A DNA stretch of 64,000 nucleotides, taken from assembly GCA_002104905.1 (NCBI GenBank), contig MCFE01000080.1, positions 116,152-180,151 on the forward strand, written 5' to 3'. Positions 1 to 11,473 of this stretch are shown piece by piece. A model generated the notes under the pieces. The model did no database searches. It saw only the letters and a program-made list of their open reading frames with translations, and was not told the DNA's origin. The DNA is from Basidiobolus meristosporus CBS 931.73 (taxonomy: Eukaryota > Fungi > Basidiobolomycota). The number at the start of each line of letters is the position of its first letter. Within the stretch, counting starts at the first letter, position 1. The position numbers and the translations under genes are program-made.

Positions 1-495
1 GAGACAGGGAGGCATGCAAACAAAACTGCAGTTAATGCTGCAAGCCTGGAGCAGACTGAATCCCATCATAGCCAAGAAGAATTGCCAACAAGAAAACAGC
101 TGATTTTGCAGGAGTTGGAAGCTCAGGCAGCTGAGCTACACTCCAGCAAGGTAGATGAGTTTGCAGAAAAAGGCAACTTGCCTACCACAGCCTCCAAATC
201 CTCCATTGTTGACAAAGTGGACATCCCACTGACAGACAAGGCTACAATGTCAAGAACTTGAAAGACTATCACGATGCCATTGGTGGGATTTTGGAACATT
301 AATAGGCACACCAAGAGGTTGCAGCACTTCTTCAAGAGTAGTGCTCAAGAATACGTACTTGAATATTGCAAGGATTTATTGCAAAGACTGGCAGATGAGG
401 TGCTAGACCTTGCAGTGCTGGCTGAAGACCAGGATGTGTGGGAACCAGTGAATGAACAGTGGCATAAGGATGCTAGGTTCCTGCCAAAGTTGTGA
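1..495 (+). pseudogene. Disrupted, unidentified reading frame running in from the window edge, probably transposon-derived
   Basis: Frame 1 is open from base 1 to 495 except for one TGA at ~259; the sequence is CpG-depleted; no recognisable motif. Confidence 0.25.
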
Positions 496-1109
496 AACCA
501 GCACATTACAGCAGAAACACTTATCAAGTGGTGGATTTTACTGGTGTTACTTATCAAGTGTGGGGTTGGGTTTAATGTCAGTGTAGGGTATTGGGACTTG
601 TATAGGTCAATACAATTGGCAATTGAGTTACAACTGAAGTTTCAACAGAAATAAGTCAACTTGTACACATGAAAAATAAGAGAAATGGTTGAGTCAGGAA
701 GTAAGGAGTGTGAGAAAGAGGCAATAGCCAATCAATGCACACAAGGGTAGGAGGTGATACAGTGTCTGGGATCAAAAAGTGAGCAAATTGACTGGGAAGC
801 AATCAAAAGTCATTTATATATTGTTGTGATGAAAACTTTTGACTAAGTTTTTTGTGAAATCTGGGGTGCAATTATTTTTCAATGGCCTGTGGAAAGTGTC
901 CTGACAAGATCAGTACCTCTTAGTCACAGGACTTTAACTTTGCAATGGCCTTTTGGCAGGATCATTTCAATAATTTTTGATAGGGAAGGTATCTGGCAAC
1001 TTTGCAAGTATTGCACTGAAAAGCTCAAAGCCAAGGTGATAGAAGTATGTCAATTGTAGCAGGTGTGCATGTATGTAGAGGTTAGTAAGGAGGAGGCCAT
1101 AGTTTTTTT

Positions 1110-1852
1110 TGATTCAAACTATATGTGCAATACCCAAAGAAGTAGTGGGCAAGCAAATAAGGAGGGGTGATTCAAAGGCAGTGATTTGAATGGTGCAAGG
1201 GGAGGTAGGAAAAGGATATACTATTTGGTAAGCTTGTATAGTAGCATTGTATAAAACCAGCTGTGAGCTGATACACTACCATTGTAATGCTGGCAGAGGT
1301 CTGCAATGCGGCTGTCAGAGCACTGTCAAGTTTCTTGCCATTCAAGGCAATTGGATGTATTGGCTAGTTGGGTCCACTCAATCAAATGTAGAGTGCACTA
1401 AGACTGTCAGGATACCATGCAATTCTTACCAAAAGACTGCCAAAGCACTTTCAAGTTTTTAATCTTATTTGGCAGTAAAGTCAGCAAAATACCATCATAA
1501 TCCCATCAAAAGATGGTGTAGAGGATCAATAATTCTAAGGTACCAGCATTGTGATGGCCTCATTGCAGGATCCTGATGATCAATCTGGGTTGGATTTACC
1601 TCCAAGACCAAATTATTTTTCATAGGGTGACAGTATTTTAACAGTATTGATGCAGACATTTATAGGCATTTAAATGGCAGTATAGTGACCTACAGCTGGT
1701 ACTCTATAAGGCAACAGTATCAATTTACCAAATAGTATTTCCTTTTGCTACCCTCCCCCTTGCCCCATTTATATAAATGCATTGTAAAGTCTCCCCAATT
1801 TATTTGCTTACCCACTCTCACTGTGGGTATTTCACATATAGTTTGAATTCAG
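1110..1852. repeat. Degenerate inverted repeat pair (~1110-1306 vs ~1652-1852)
   Basis: gattcaaactatatgtgcaataccc...aatggtgcaagg...ctatttggtaa...accagctgt matches the reverse complement of 1652-1852; roughly 70% identical by eye. Confidence 0.75.
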
Positions 1853-1859
1853 AAATGCT

Positions 1860-4525
1860 GTAAGAGTCTTCAAGATATTGGAAGTGATTGGGAGGACAAG
1901 TAGATTACGTGGTCTTCACTTAATAATTTATTGAATGTAAAAGTAGTATTTATACTTTTACATGGTCTTGGCATAGCAAACACATGGAATAGACTAAGGA
2001 AGGTCCCAAGAACATGTGTGCAAAGTTTGGGGCTGTTTTGACTACTTTGAGAATTTTCATGTTCTGGGTACCTGGTATTTTGGTGAAAATATTCCAAGTA
2101 AATCCCAACAATGAATTTGGTCAGTACTCTCTAGGATTTGAAGGTAACAATCTAAGTGACTAAGCTAGGTGAATATTTAGGTGGAATTACAAATCTTTAC
2201 AACAAGAAAAACTATGGCCTCCTGTTTACTAACCTCTGCATATGTGCATACCCACTGCAATTGACACATTTCTATCACTACAACTTTACAGCTTTTCAGT
2301 ATGATACTTGCAAGGCTTCCTTATACCTTGCATTGCTTGTAGCATATACATCTAGCAAACATATGCTAGGTTGTTGCTACTTTTACCATGAATACCTTTA
2401 AAATATCTTCAAAGAACCTTTTGGTACTTGGCCAATATATTCCTTTTCCCTGCTGAAAACTAGTCTGCCTTATAGGTATTGTCTAGTTCTTGTTTTTATG
2501 AATGTTGTAATGAAAGGTGTAGAAATTGGCTTGTACCTAGGAGAAACCTGACATACTTTGGTAATGTTGTCCTACTATGAAAATTACTTGTTGCATCAAG
2601 CCTATTGCATTACTTAAGTGATTACCTATGCATTGGGGCTACTTTGCTACTTGACACCAAAGGCATAGGTGTCTTCATGTGCACATCTGTCCTCAGTATT
2701 TTCCTACTTTTCCTGGCTGTCCCTCATATGCCAACTCATCACATCCATGATGGACTTGAAAGTACTACTCTTGATGAGATTAGGATATGAAAATACTTTC
2801 AACTTGACTTGTCTTCCTATCTCCCCTCACATCAGCTCCATAGGAAATTCCCAAAAGGTGAGCACAGTCTAATATTCTCCACACACCAGCAAGATGAGGC
2901 AGCAAATGGATGCATTAGAGCCAGAGATCTATGCATTCAGCTTTATGCTTGCATTATTACCACTTAAATCCCATTACAAACTCCTTACATTCAAGCTGTA
3001 AATGCAACAGATTGGTATTGGTGATCCACATTTGTATGAATATTCCTACAATGTCAACATGTGACTCCCAATGATTCCAATGTACTCTTGGCAGAAATGG
3101 CTTCAGAAGGCTGCTTGAATAAATACATATTTAGCTCATCCAGTCCTTGCACTTGTGTTGTTGCATATGGGTACAAATATTGATTGGAGCCTGTGAGAAG
3201 TACTTCTGCTAACAGATACTCTGTAATATCTTGCTAATTCTTCCAAACATCTCTGGTGTCTTGAAGGGCTCAGTAAGGTTGAAATGACCCATGTACAACT
3301 TGGTCCTTAGCATAGGAATATTGTTGAAAAGCAAATTCATTGCTGCCAGTGGAAAGCTTTTGCTCCAACAGAAACCCTCTAGTATAACTATCTCCAGCTT
3401 ACAACTAATTGCATATTGTGGTCAATGGTTAATAGCTTACCACCTTTCCGGCTATTGCATGCTGACTTCTGCACATTTACTCTTTATGAAAACTATGATC
3501 TTAGTGTTGGTGTTTGAATAATATCAATATATGTGAGTTATAGTATAAATGCCCTGTATCTCACAAACTTGACAGTAATACTGTACATTGAATCCAGAAA
3601 AACTGGCTATGTTGCCAATGGCTGTGGTATCTCCAATGCAGATAATAATATGTGCTTTGACATAATGGTTATTTGCTATTATCTTACTTAATAGCATACA
3701 AAACTCATCCAGCAACAGATATAGCTATCTATCCAGGTTGGATGGTGACTTAGGCTCAGATAACAGTGAAACCACCATCAGATTTCTGCCCTGATACCAT
3801 AAGATTGATGACAGATTCAGGTTGATGAAAATTGAAGGCCATCAGGATTTACTGGCAGCATACTTGTTGTGTGAGAATCCATCAATTACCAAGGGAAAGG
3901 CATGGCTATTTATACCTTCCAAGTAGCCCTTATATCTTAGTTGTTTGCAATGTTTGCCAGCAAGTATAATGGAGATGTTGCACCTGATTGAAACTGAGTG
4001 TGGTAATTTTTAACCACATTGTCTTTTTTCTCTGCTCTTATGGCATTGAATCAAAGTAGTCCTGCCCATGGGGCAAGCTGCTTGACACTCAGCAATGTAA
4101 TTGTATTATATCACTCTTCTGTCAATAATCATGTGTATTCAGGACAGTGTTGTATTTAAGACATTGCACCTACATGAATATTGATGTAAAAATTTGTATT
4201 TCCACCTACAAACTCATCTAATTTAGTCACTTGGATCATTACCTACCAGTCTTAGAGAAAACTGACCAAATTCCTTGTTGGAATTTGCTTGTAATATTTT
4301 CACCAATACATCAGGTACCCAGAACATGAGAATTCTCAGAGTTGTCCAAACAGCCACAAAGCTTACACACATGCTCTTAGGACCTTCCTGAGCCTACTTC
4401 ACATGTTTGTTATGCCAAGACTATGTAAAAGTGTAAATGCTACTTTTACATTGATAAATCATCAAGTGAAAACTGCATAGTCTACTTATTCTCCCAATCA
4501 CTTCTAACATCTCCTGGACTCTTGC
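1860..4525. repeat. Degenerate inverted repeat pair (~1860-2180 vs ~4215-4525), with a third partial copy at ~5060-5115
   Basis: The reverse complement of 1860-2180 (actgaccaaattc...caggtacccagaacatga...atgccaagac.atgtaaaagt...ctcccaatcacttc) aligns to 4215-4525; roughly 75-80% identical by eye. Confidence 0.85.
2810..3720 (-). mobile_element. Decayed CACTA/EnSpm-type DNA transposase (stops and frameshifts)
   Basis: Minus-strand fragments in the expected order: GDTTAIGNIASFSGFNVQYYCQVCEIQG (GDxPA..CxxC); SFPLAAMNLLFNNIP (FPxDxMH); PINICTHMQQHKCKDW (KAxEW); LLKPFLPRVHWNHW; HLA..ENIRLC.PFWEFPME (FPMER). Boundaries are approximate. Confidence 0.75.
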
Positions 4526-7419
4526 AACAGCTCCAGAATATACAATAGTAGTTACCCTAAATTCTCCACTTACTTGGACATCATGATTACATTGTACAAA
4601 TTAGAGTCTTGACTGAAAATTATGTTGGGATTTATATGGAATATTATATTGAGGTAGCATGCACCCAAGCAATGAAGTGTCCCAACATCCTAGCCTTGAC
4701 AAAGGAGAAACTATTCTCCAGACATTTGGACTAAATTTTCTTCAATATATGTTCTCATTTGAACATTTGGTTTGTTTACCATTTTGACTCCTCATGCCAA
4801 TCAGCATTATTTACATAATCAACAAGTCATTTATTGTTATTCCGGTGCTAGTTGACCCATTTGCAAAAACTCCACCAAAACTAAAGTAAAATCCATATGT
4901 ACCTCCACAACTTCCGCATCTGTAAGTATACAAGGCATATTCCAGGTTTTGTGAGGATTGTATATAATAACCATACAATATTACCAACATATACCTTAAA
5001 ACCAGTCCATAGCTACCAAACACCACTTTTAAATACAATAAATCATTGAGTAGAAGCCATATAATCTGCTTGTTTTCCCAAGTACTTGCAATATCTCCAA
5101 ACTCTTACAACAGATCTTAGTAGTGTTTGTTCATGCCACCAAATAGCTAATTGCCTTGGCTGTGACCATTACCAGTTAGCACGAGGTTGTCAGTTTTATC
5201 TATCATGAGATTTGGATGGGATTTGGATGCCCTGTGGAGATCCAGTTACATATGGACACTAGGGACATCGACATGAATTGGTCAACCAGCCAAAGATTCC
5301 CCTCTCTGGACAAATTCTATGGTCTGGATGGTAGTGAACAAAGATTTGGATTTGTTGGTCTGTGGTTCTGTTGGTTGAGTACACCTTTGGCAGTATTTAG
5401 CTACTTCAATTCCTCCAATGGATTCATTGGGTCATCCAATGGCACTCGGATTGGATCCCCAGCTGTCAAATATATGTCCTTAATCCCTTGATGGATATTT
5501 GGAGATGTATGACGGATTTTGTAGGGAGACGGGCCTTAGGGATGTACCCCATACCGGAGATGGTTGGATAACGTATAACCTGGCTGGCTAATATCATCAC
5601 TGCTAGGCCAAATATGTGTCGGATACCACCCAGATACTTGCAACCGTACCTCCTCCCGATTTGTCAAGGGCAACGTGTCGGTTGGTAGGCACGATACAGA
5701 GGTGTGTGGATTAACTGAATGTTAGGGATCTTTTCGAGTAGAAGGATACGACTTGGTTGAAACACTGGAAATTCTCTACCACAATCACAACTTGCATTGG
5801 TGGCTAGGCTTGGATAAATCATTTGCTTGGTCGCCCAGCGCATACCCGCCCGTCACGTGGACAGTCGAAGAACGATCCGTGTTTCAAGATATCTTCGTAC
5901 GCTAGGAAGTTCGCGAAGGCAACCTCACCTTAGTCCACTTGTTGCAACCAAGTTCTCCATGCTAGGCAACCTCGCCATTCCAAAGACTACGTGGTGCGCA
6001 TGAGGCATGGTTATTTATAACTAGTACCGGACTCCCATTTCATTTGGCACCGGTATCCACCACACCTGAAGCGATGCGCCGACTTGAAGACACGACGAGG
6101 CTATACATATTTTTAGCCACTCCAATCTGGCTCGGTATCCGATCGCCATGGTGCAAGTTCAGTGCCTGGCACAGAATTATTTCGAGACACACTAGGAATG
6201 CTAAATTTGAGGAAATAATGCACTATGCCTATCCGAGATTGGCCATTGGCTACATGACCGCCTTTTCCGCCAGTTAGTCACCAATCTAGCTATAATGGGT
6301 GCAACCATGGTTACACGTCTGGCTCGGATCCATGTCACGAATTCGCTAGCTTTAATAACTGTGCAATGGTGAGGTGGCACACAAGCGATGGATAATCACC
6401 TCACCACATGGTAGAGCAGATCACCACCCCCAAGCTTTTTTTTCAAGGATTCTGGAATTCGAGAGCAGGTCCTTGTGGCGAAGTGCGCCCCTTCGAGGCT
6501 CGGAACAAAGAGAAGCCCTTATGCGCAGTTCAGACCCCGATGTTGCTCACCGCCCCATCTATGTGGTCGGGATGAATATGAAATCTTACGAATGATAAGA
6601 GCATACGGTCTCTAGCATCAGCCCCAAGTCCGGGATGATATCCTTAGATACGCTGGCTTTGAATCAAACGTATACACACCAATCATATATTCGGCCAGCC
6701 AATCAGCCTTTGGAATCAGGTGCTGCTCATTGGTTGCTGCTATAAATTGCTCATTCCATTTCGGTGACTGAATTGGATCAACATATATTTGCACACGATA
6801 CGAGGATCGCTCAGCTGGTAATTGAAAACAAGCAATGATCCACAGCACGTTTGGCAGCGAGGTCTTTCATTCAGTCCGGAAAGCCATTCAGTGCGAGCAC
6901 ACCACTACTGTACCACCCACCTTATCATCCCAAGTACAGCTACTCGAACTTCAACTAACGCTGGGGCATCTCTATCCCGCTGGTGATAATTGAGTGGCCA
7001 TGGGTAAATTCGTGCATTGCCAATGTTTACATCATTTTAACTTCGACCAGGTCACCTCTTGAAATGCGCATACTGGTTACGTTTTCCATCACCGCTATTA
7101 ATACATTTTCCGACGGGCCGTCGTGTTGACATGACGCATCCTAAGCCCATATAGCAATAAAGGAACATGGCACCAAACCATATATTTCCGACCAGATGGT
7201 ATTAAAAGCTAATCCATCGTGATAGCCCTGGATCAATATATATGAATTGGATCCTTAAGCCCTCGGAGGATAAACCTTAACTGAGCGTGACAAATAGGTT
7301 CTCAAGGAAAAACTCGACCGTTGTGGACGCCGTGGTTCCATCAACCTCGGCCAGCATATAAAGCACCCTGGATTTCGTGGAGTATCCGCAACTATACCAT
7401 TTCCACCGTTCTTTCTGAT

Positions 7420-8865
7420 ATGGGACTCAACTCAAACATAGACCTGGAGAAAAGGGGTCGAGCTTCATTTTTCCGCAGACACAAGTGGAAGTTGGCCGGC
7501 TCGGCCGTGGTACTAATCGTTGCTATCGTGCTGATGGCAGTGCTAATTCCTAAGAAAAAGTCTGGTTCTAGTCATGGTATAGATCCTAAGGATTTCGATG
7601 ACTCCGCCAGACCGAACGCAAGGGTCCCTCCTTTGAGCCAGCCCTTCCCCTATGGCCAGACTCCAGTTCGTGGAGTGAACGCCGGCGGATGGTTGGTGCT
7701 CGAGCCATTCATTGCGCCATCCCTATTTGAAGGCTTCAAACCGGAAGATGGAGTAATCGACGAATGGACTTTATGCCAAAAGCTCGGCAAAGAAGAGTGT
7801 AAAAAGAGGATTACCAAGCATTACGAGACTTTCTACACCGAAGAGGACTTCAAGCAAATGGCTGAGGCTGGTCTCGATCATGTCAGAATCCCAGTCGGAT
7901 ACTGGGCGTTGGATATCCAGGATGGAGAGCCATTCATCGATGGCTCCTGGGATTTCTTGTTGAAAGGAGTCAACTGGGCTCGCAAGTACGGTATTCGGGT
8001 TATGGTTGAGCTTCACGGTGCGCCTGGGTCGCAGAATGGTTGGAACCATAGTGGTAGATCAGGTATGGTTAGGTTCCTGAATGGAACCGAGGGGCATTCC
8101 AATGCGGATCGTACGATGAACGTGCTAGTAAAAATGGCCAGCTTCTTCTCTAAACCCGAATGGAAGAATGCTGCTCCTCTTTTCGGCGTGCTAAACGAAC
8201 CCATTATCTTCAAACTCGACAAGAATACCGTGGAGCAGTGGTATTATCAGGCATACCAAAAACTCCGCAACGCGACATACCCCGAGACACCCATTCTTAT
8301 TTACCACGAAGGATTCATCGGGCTCGACAAGTGGTCGAACTCCTTCCCAAAGTCTACCTACCAAAAGGTCTGCATGGATGTACATAACTACATGATCTTC
8401 GATGTCAACCTGGTCGCCATGCCACAGGAGCAAAAGCTGGACTTCGTCTGTAATACTTGGAAAAAGGATGTGAGCGTAAGCAATCAGAACTTCGGCTGGA
8501 CCATGGTTGGCGAGTTCTCAGTTGCCACCAACGACTGTGCCAAATGGTTGAACGGAATTGGCCTGGGATCGCGGTGGGACGGCAGCTTCCCCGACACAAT
8601 TGGTAATCCATTATGCCCTACCAAACCTAACTGTACTTGTGAGGGGGTGGACGACTGGACCAAGTTCACACCCGAATATAAGAGCTTCTTGGCGAAGTTC
8701 GGACAGTACCAGATGGAGTCCTTCGAGTCAAGCTTCGGCTGGTTCTTCTGGACTTGGAAGACCGAGAACCACGTAAACCCCCATTGGGACTACAAGCTTG
8801 GTCTCGAACAAGGATGGATGCCAAAGGATGCAGGAAACCGACAAATCACTTGTCCTACCAAATAG
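7420..8865 (+). CDS. GH5 exo-beta-1,3-glucanase (Exg-like) with N-terminal membrane anchor; intronless
   Basis: VRGVNAGGWLVLEPFIAPS, DHVRIPVGYW, LHGAPGSQNGWNHSG, catalytic NEP and VGEFS motifs, GWFFWTWK. TM segment LAGSAVVLIVAIVLMAVLI. ATG at 7420. Confidence 0.95.
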   Translation: MGLNSNIDLEKRGRASFFRRHKWKLAGSAVVLIVAIVLMAVLIPKKKSGSSHGIDPKDFDDSARPNARVPPLSQPFPYGQTPVRGVNAGGWLVLEPFIAPSLFEGFKPEDGVIDEWTLCQKLGKEECKKRITKHYETFYTEEDFKQMAEAGLDHVRIPVGYWALDIQDGEPFIDGSWDFLLKGVNWARKYGIRVMVELHGAPGSQNGWNHSGRSGMVRFLNGTEGHSNADRTMNVLVKMASFFSKPEWKNAAPLFGVLNEPIIFKLDKNTVEQWYYQAYQKLRNATYPETPILIYHEGFIGLDKWSNSFPKSTYQKVCMDVHNYMIFDVNLVAMPQEQKLDFVCNTWKKDVSVSNQNFGWTMVGEFSVATNDCAKWLNGIGLGSRWDGSFPDTIGNPLCPTKPNCTCEGVDDWTKFTPEYKSFLAKFGQYQMESFESSFGWFFWTWKTENHVNPHWDYKLGLEQGWMPKDAGNRQITCPTK

Positions 8866-9057
8866 GGTGCCTGGGGTTCAGATCGCATACAATCTTAAAT
8901 TTAATCACTCAGTTACCTCCAATAATAATGAATATATATAGTGTGAATGATGTAAGATATGATCAGGTTTATTAAAAAGATGTTATTATGATATGGGACG
9001 CTATTTCCGTCAATTAGATAAAGAATAATAGGCGATTCCTCTGGGTGCATCACAACA

Positions 9058-9312
9058 TTAAACCCAGTCGATGTTCATCCGGAAATCCTTGGCGGTGTCT
9101 TCCTGGGGGCCACCACTCCCTATGGCAGACGTGTAGCTCTTCATCGCGCTCCGGTCGAGATACTTTCGGGTCTGCGCAGCGTTGTATTCGAAGCTGGCGT
9201 GAGCTTGTTTCGCCACGCCCTCGGCACGCATCTGTTGGTACCCCAGAATACTTCCGGTAAGCTCTTGAACGTATCCAGCAGCGTACTTGAGATTGGCATT
9301 GATTCTCTCCAT
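9058..9312 (-). CDS. CsbD-like small protein, diverged paralog of 10954-11244
   Basis: MERINANLKYAAGYVQELTGSILGYQQMRAEG aligns to MDKINANIKYAAGYVQETAGGILGNEQMKAEG; the second repeat is shortened. Confidence 0.7.
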   Translation of the reverse strand: MERINANLKYAAGYVQELTGSILGYQQMRAEGVAKQAHASFEYNAAQTRKYLDRSAMKSYTSAIGSGGPQEDTAKDFRMNIDWV

Positions 9313-10953
9313 GTTGGGAAGGCACGCGCAGATAGTAGCTGATTTATAGGTGATGGCTCTTCAACTGCAATGGGTACAAATCAAGCGATCGCTACGACAT
9401 GCAGTAGTTATATAAATGGGCTTGCAGGCCATCTGAAAGCACAATACAAATGAGGACCAATTTGTCGAGATGAAAAATAAATGATTGCAACGGCGTAGGT
9501 TACATGGCGTAATATCGGATATTGAACGACAGACACCAACACCAGATTTTAATAATCATGCCAACTTCGATCAGCATCCCTACCCAATTGCAGTGTGATC
9601 GCCTAGCAGTATATGATTTTGGTCACTCTGCCGCTGGTCCACGGATGCAGCATCACCGAGTCGGCCGCAGTTGGCAGCCTGACGAAGGATGATTGCTCGA
9701 GATCCCACATCGAGCCTCACACTATTTGTTGACATTGAGGCATTATGCCAATGCTCGCATGAGGATGTTCTTACCTCCACCAAACACAGCTAATCAAGTC
9801 GATCTGGCACAGACTTGTGGAAAGTCAGCTGCCCCAGGCTACGTCACAGTGGGTGATATCACGAAGCAGGCACCAAGGTGAAGTGAATCTCAAATTAGTG
9901 CCGATAAAACGATGTGTTGCCATAATTCATATATTTACAGTCCGAAGTTGGTCCGGATGTGTCAACAGCGCAGTTGACTTGCTCATTGATCAGGATGAAA
10001 CTGGCTGGCCTGAAATGAATTAGGACAATACATGATAGGAAACTGCGCTGCTTATCTGGATCAGGGATGTAAAAAGGCCTCCGCAGGGTTAACAGTGATG
10101 GTACAGTCCACCACGCCAGCTGGAGCAAATCCCTAGACCATGTGTACAATGCCTACAGTGTATAGTGCATCGAAGTGAGCTGGAATAGACCATAGCAAAC
10201 CTAGCGGATAGCAAAGATCAGTCACAAAATGTCCGCCAGTGATGAAAAAATCAACCTGGTATTGCAAGGAATACTACCATTTTTGACATGCCACAATGGT
10301 GCATTCCTCGAAAAGATCGGAGGCTTACCATTGGTGTTGTTCACTAGCATGGTACCCTCGGGATCGATTCACAAAGGCGGAGTGAGGTGTCCATCTTCCG
10401 CGTAGTCTCATACATCTCGATTTGCATGCCGCTGCAATGACAAAGGACCTGCAAGTGGCTGAAGCCCAGTTCCCTAACTCAATACCCAAGGCTTAACATG
10501 TCTAATTAGATGCAGCGACGAAGCACATTCGATGGCGTGCAACCGTTTGATAGGGCATTCGCCGGTACTCCAACTAACCAATGCCATCACCACTGTATAG
10601 TGCAGGTGTCCAATATGTGATTCCAGTGTCACGTCACGGTTCCCATATTCCCGCCAGCCTCTTCAGAGAGTAGATTTGTAATAACGTTGGATGGGACGGC
10701 AGGGTGGAGTAGAAACGGGCAATGGTAAAGTGCGTGCATTAACGTGCCTTAACACCTGACCTAATCTGAACATATTAGAATGACACGTAGGCCGCATAAT
10801 GGACTTGCCAACCCGCTGATTTGTACAAAAAAACAAATGCTAGTGATGTCAGATATGTTTCGAAGTAGGATGCATTCCTCGTCAACTGCTGTGGAGTATA
10901 TAATGGAGAAACTCCGCACTGGTCGACGGCAAGTAATTGATCAATAGTTCACC

Positions 10954-11244
10954 ATGGATAAAATCAACGCAAACATCAAGTATGCTGCGGGATATGTTCA
11001 AGAGACGGCCGGTGGCATCCTGGGTAACGAGCAAATGAAGGCTGAAGGCGCAGCGAAACAAGCTCAGGCTGAAGCCGAATACAAGGCTGCGCAAGCCGAA
11101 GGCTATGCCCAAGGCGCTAGCGAGAAACTCAAGGGAAACGTAAAGGACACTGTTGGCTCTGCTATTGGTAACGAGCAGATGCAAGTAGAGGGCAAGGCTG
11201 GAGCAGCCAAGGGAGAAGCTCGGATGACCGCCAATACAGATTAG
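10954..11244 (+). CDS. CsbD/Hmp1-like small hydrophilic stress protein (two GNEQM..EG repeats)
   Basis: 96 aa, Ala/Gly/Lys/Glu-rich; repeated K..vG.a.GNEQM..EG unit typical of fungal CsbD-like proteins. Confidence 0.85.
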   Translation: MDKINANIKYAAGYVQETAGGILGNEQMKAEGAAKQAQAEAEYKAAQAEGYAQGASEKLKGNVKDTVGSAIGNEQMQVEGKAGAAKGEARMTANTD

Positions 11245-11473
11245 AGTGGTCACGAGTTATTTTGTTTATAGGTTAAATAAATGTTTGTAAGAAACTCATG
11301 AATCTTGGCCCATATGTAGCATGAATTCGCTGGTTGGTGGAACAACTTTGCGTCTGCTCTATTGTTGAAATAGAGGAGCAACCTTGTCTTGTTTATTTAT
11401 CTAATACATATATCATAATTCATATACTGTACTGGAACCCCATGCTCGCTAGCCGGCATTAAACCGAGTCTTC

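Noticed and set aside
1189-1230. LNGARG resembling a PIF1/Helitron helicase motif
   Set aside because: A six-residue match with no Walker A or other helicase motifs in frame.
6618-6848. ORF with a PKWNEQF, C2-domain-like motif
   Set aside because: Isolated short motif; adjacent frames are closed and no splice model could be built.
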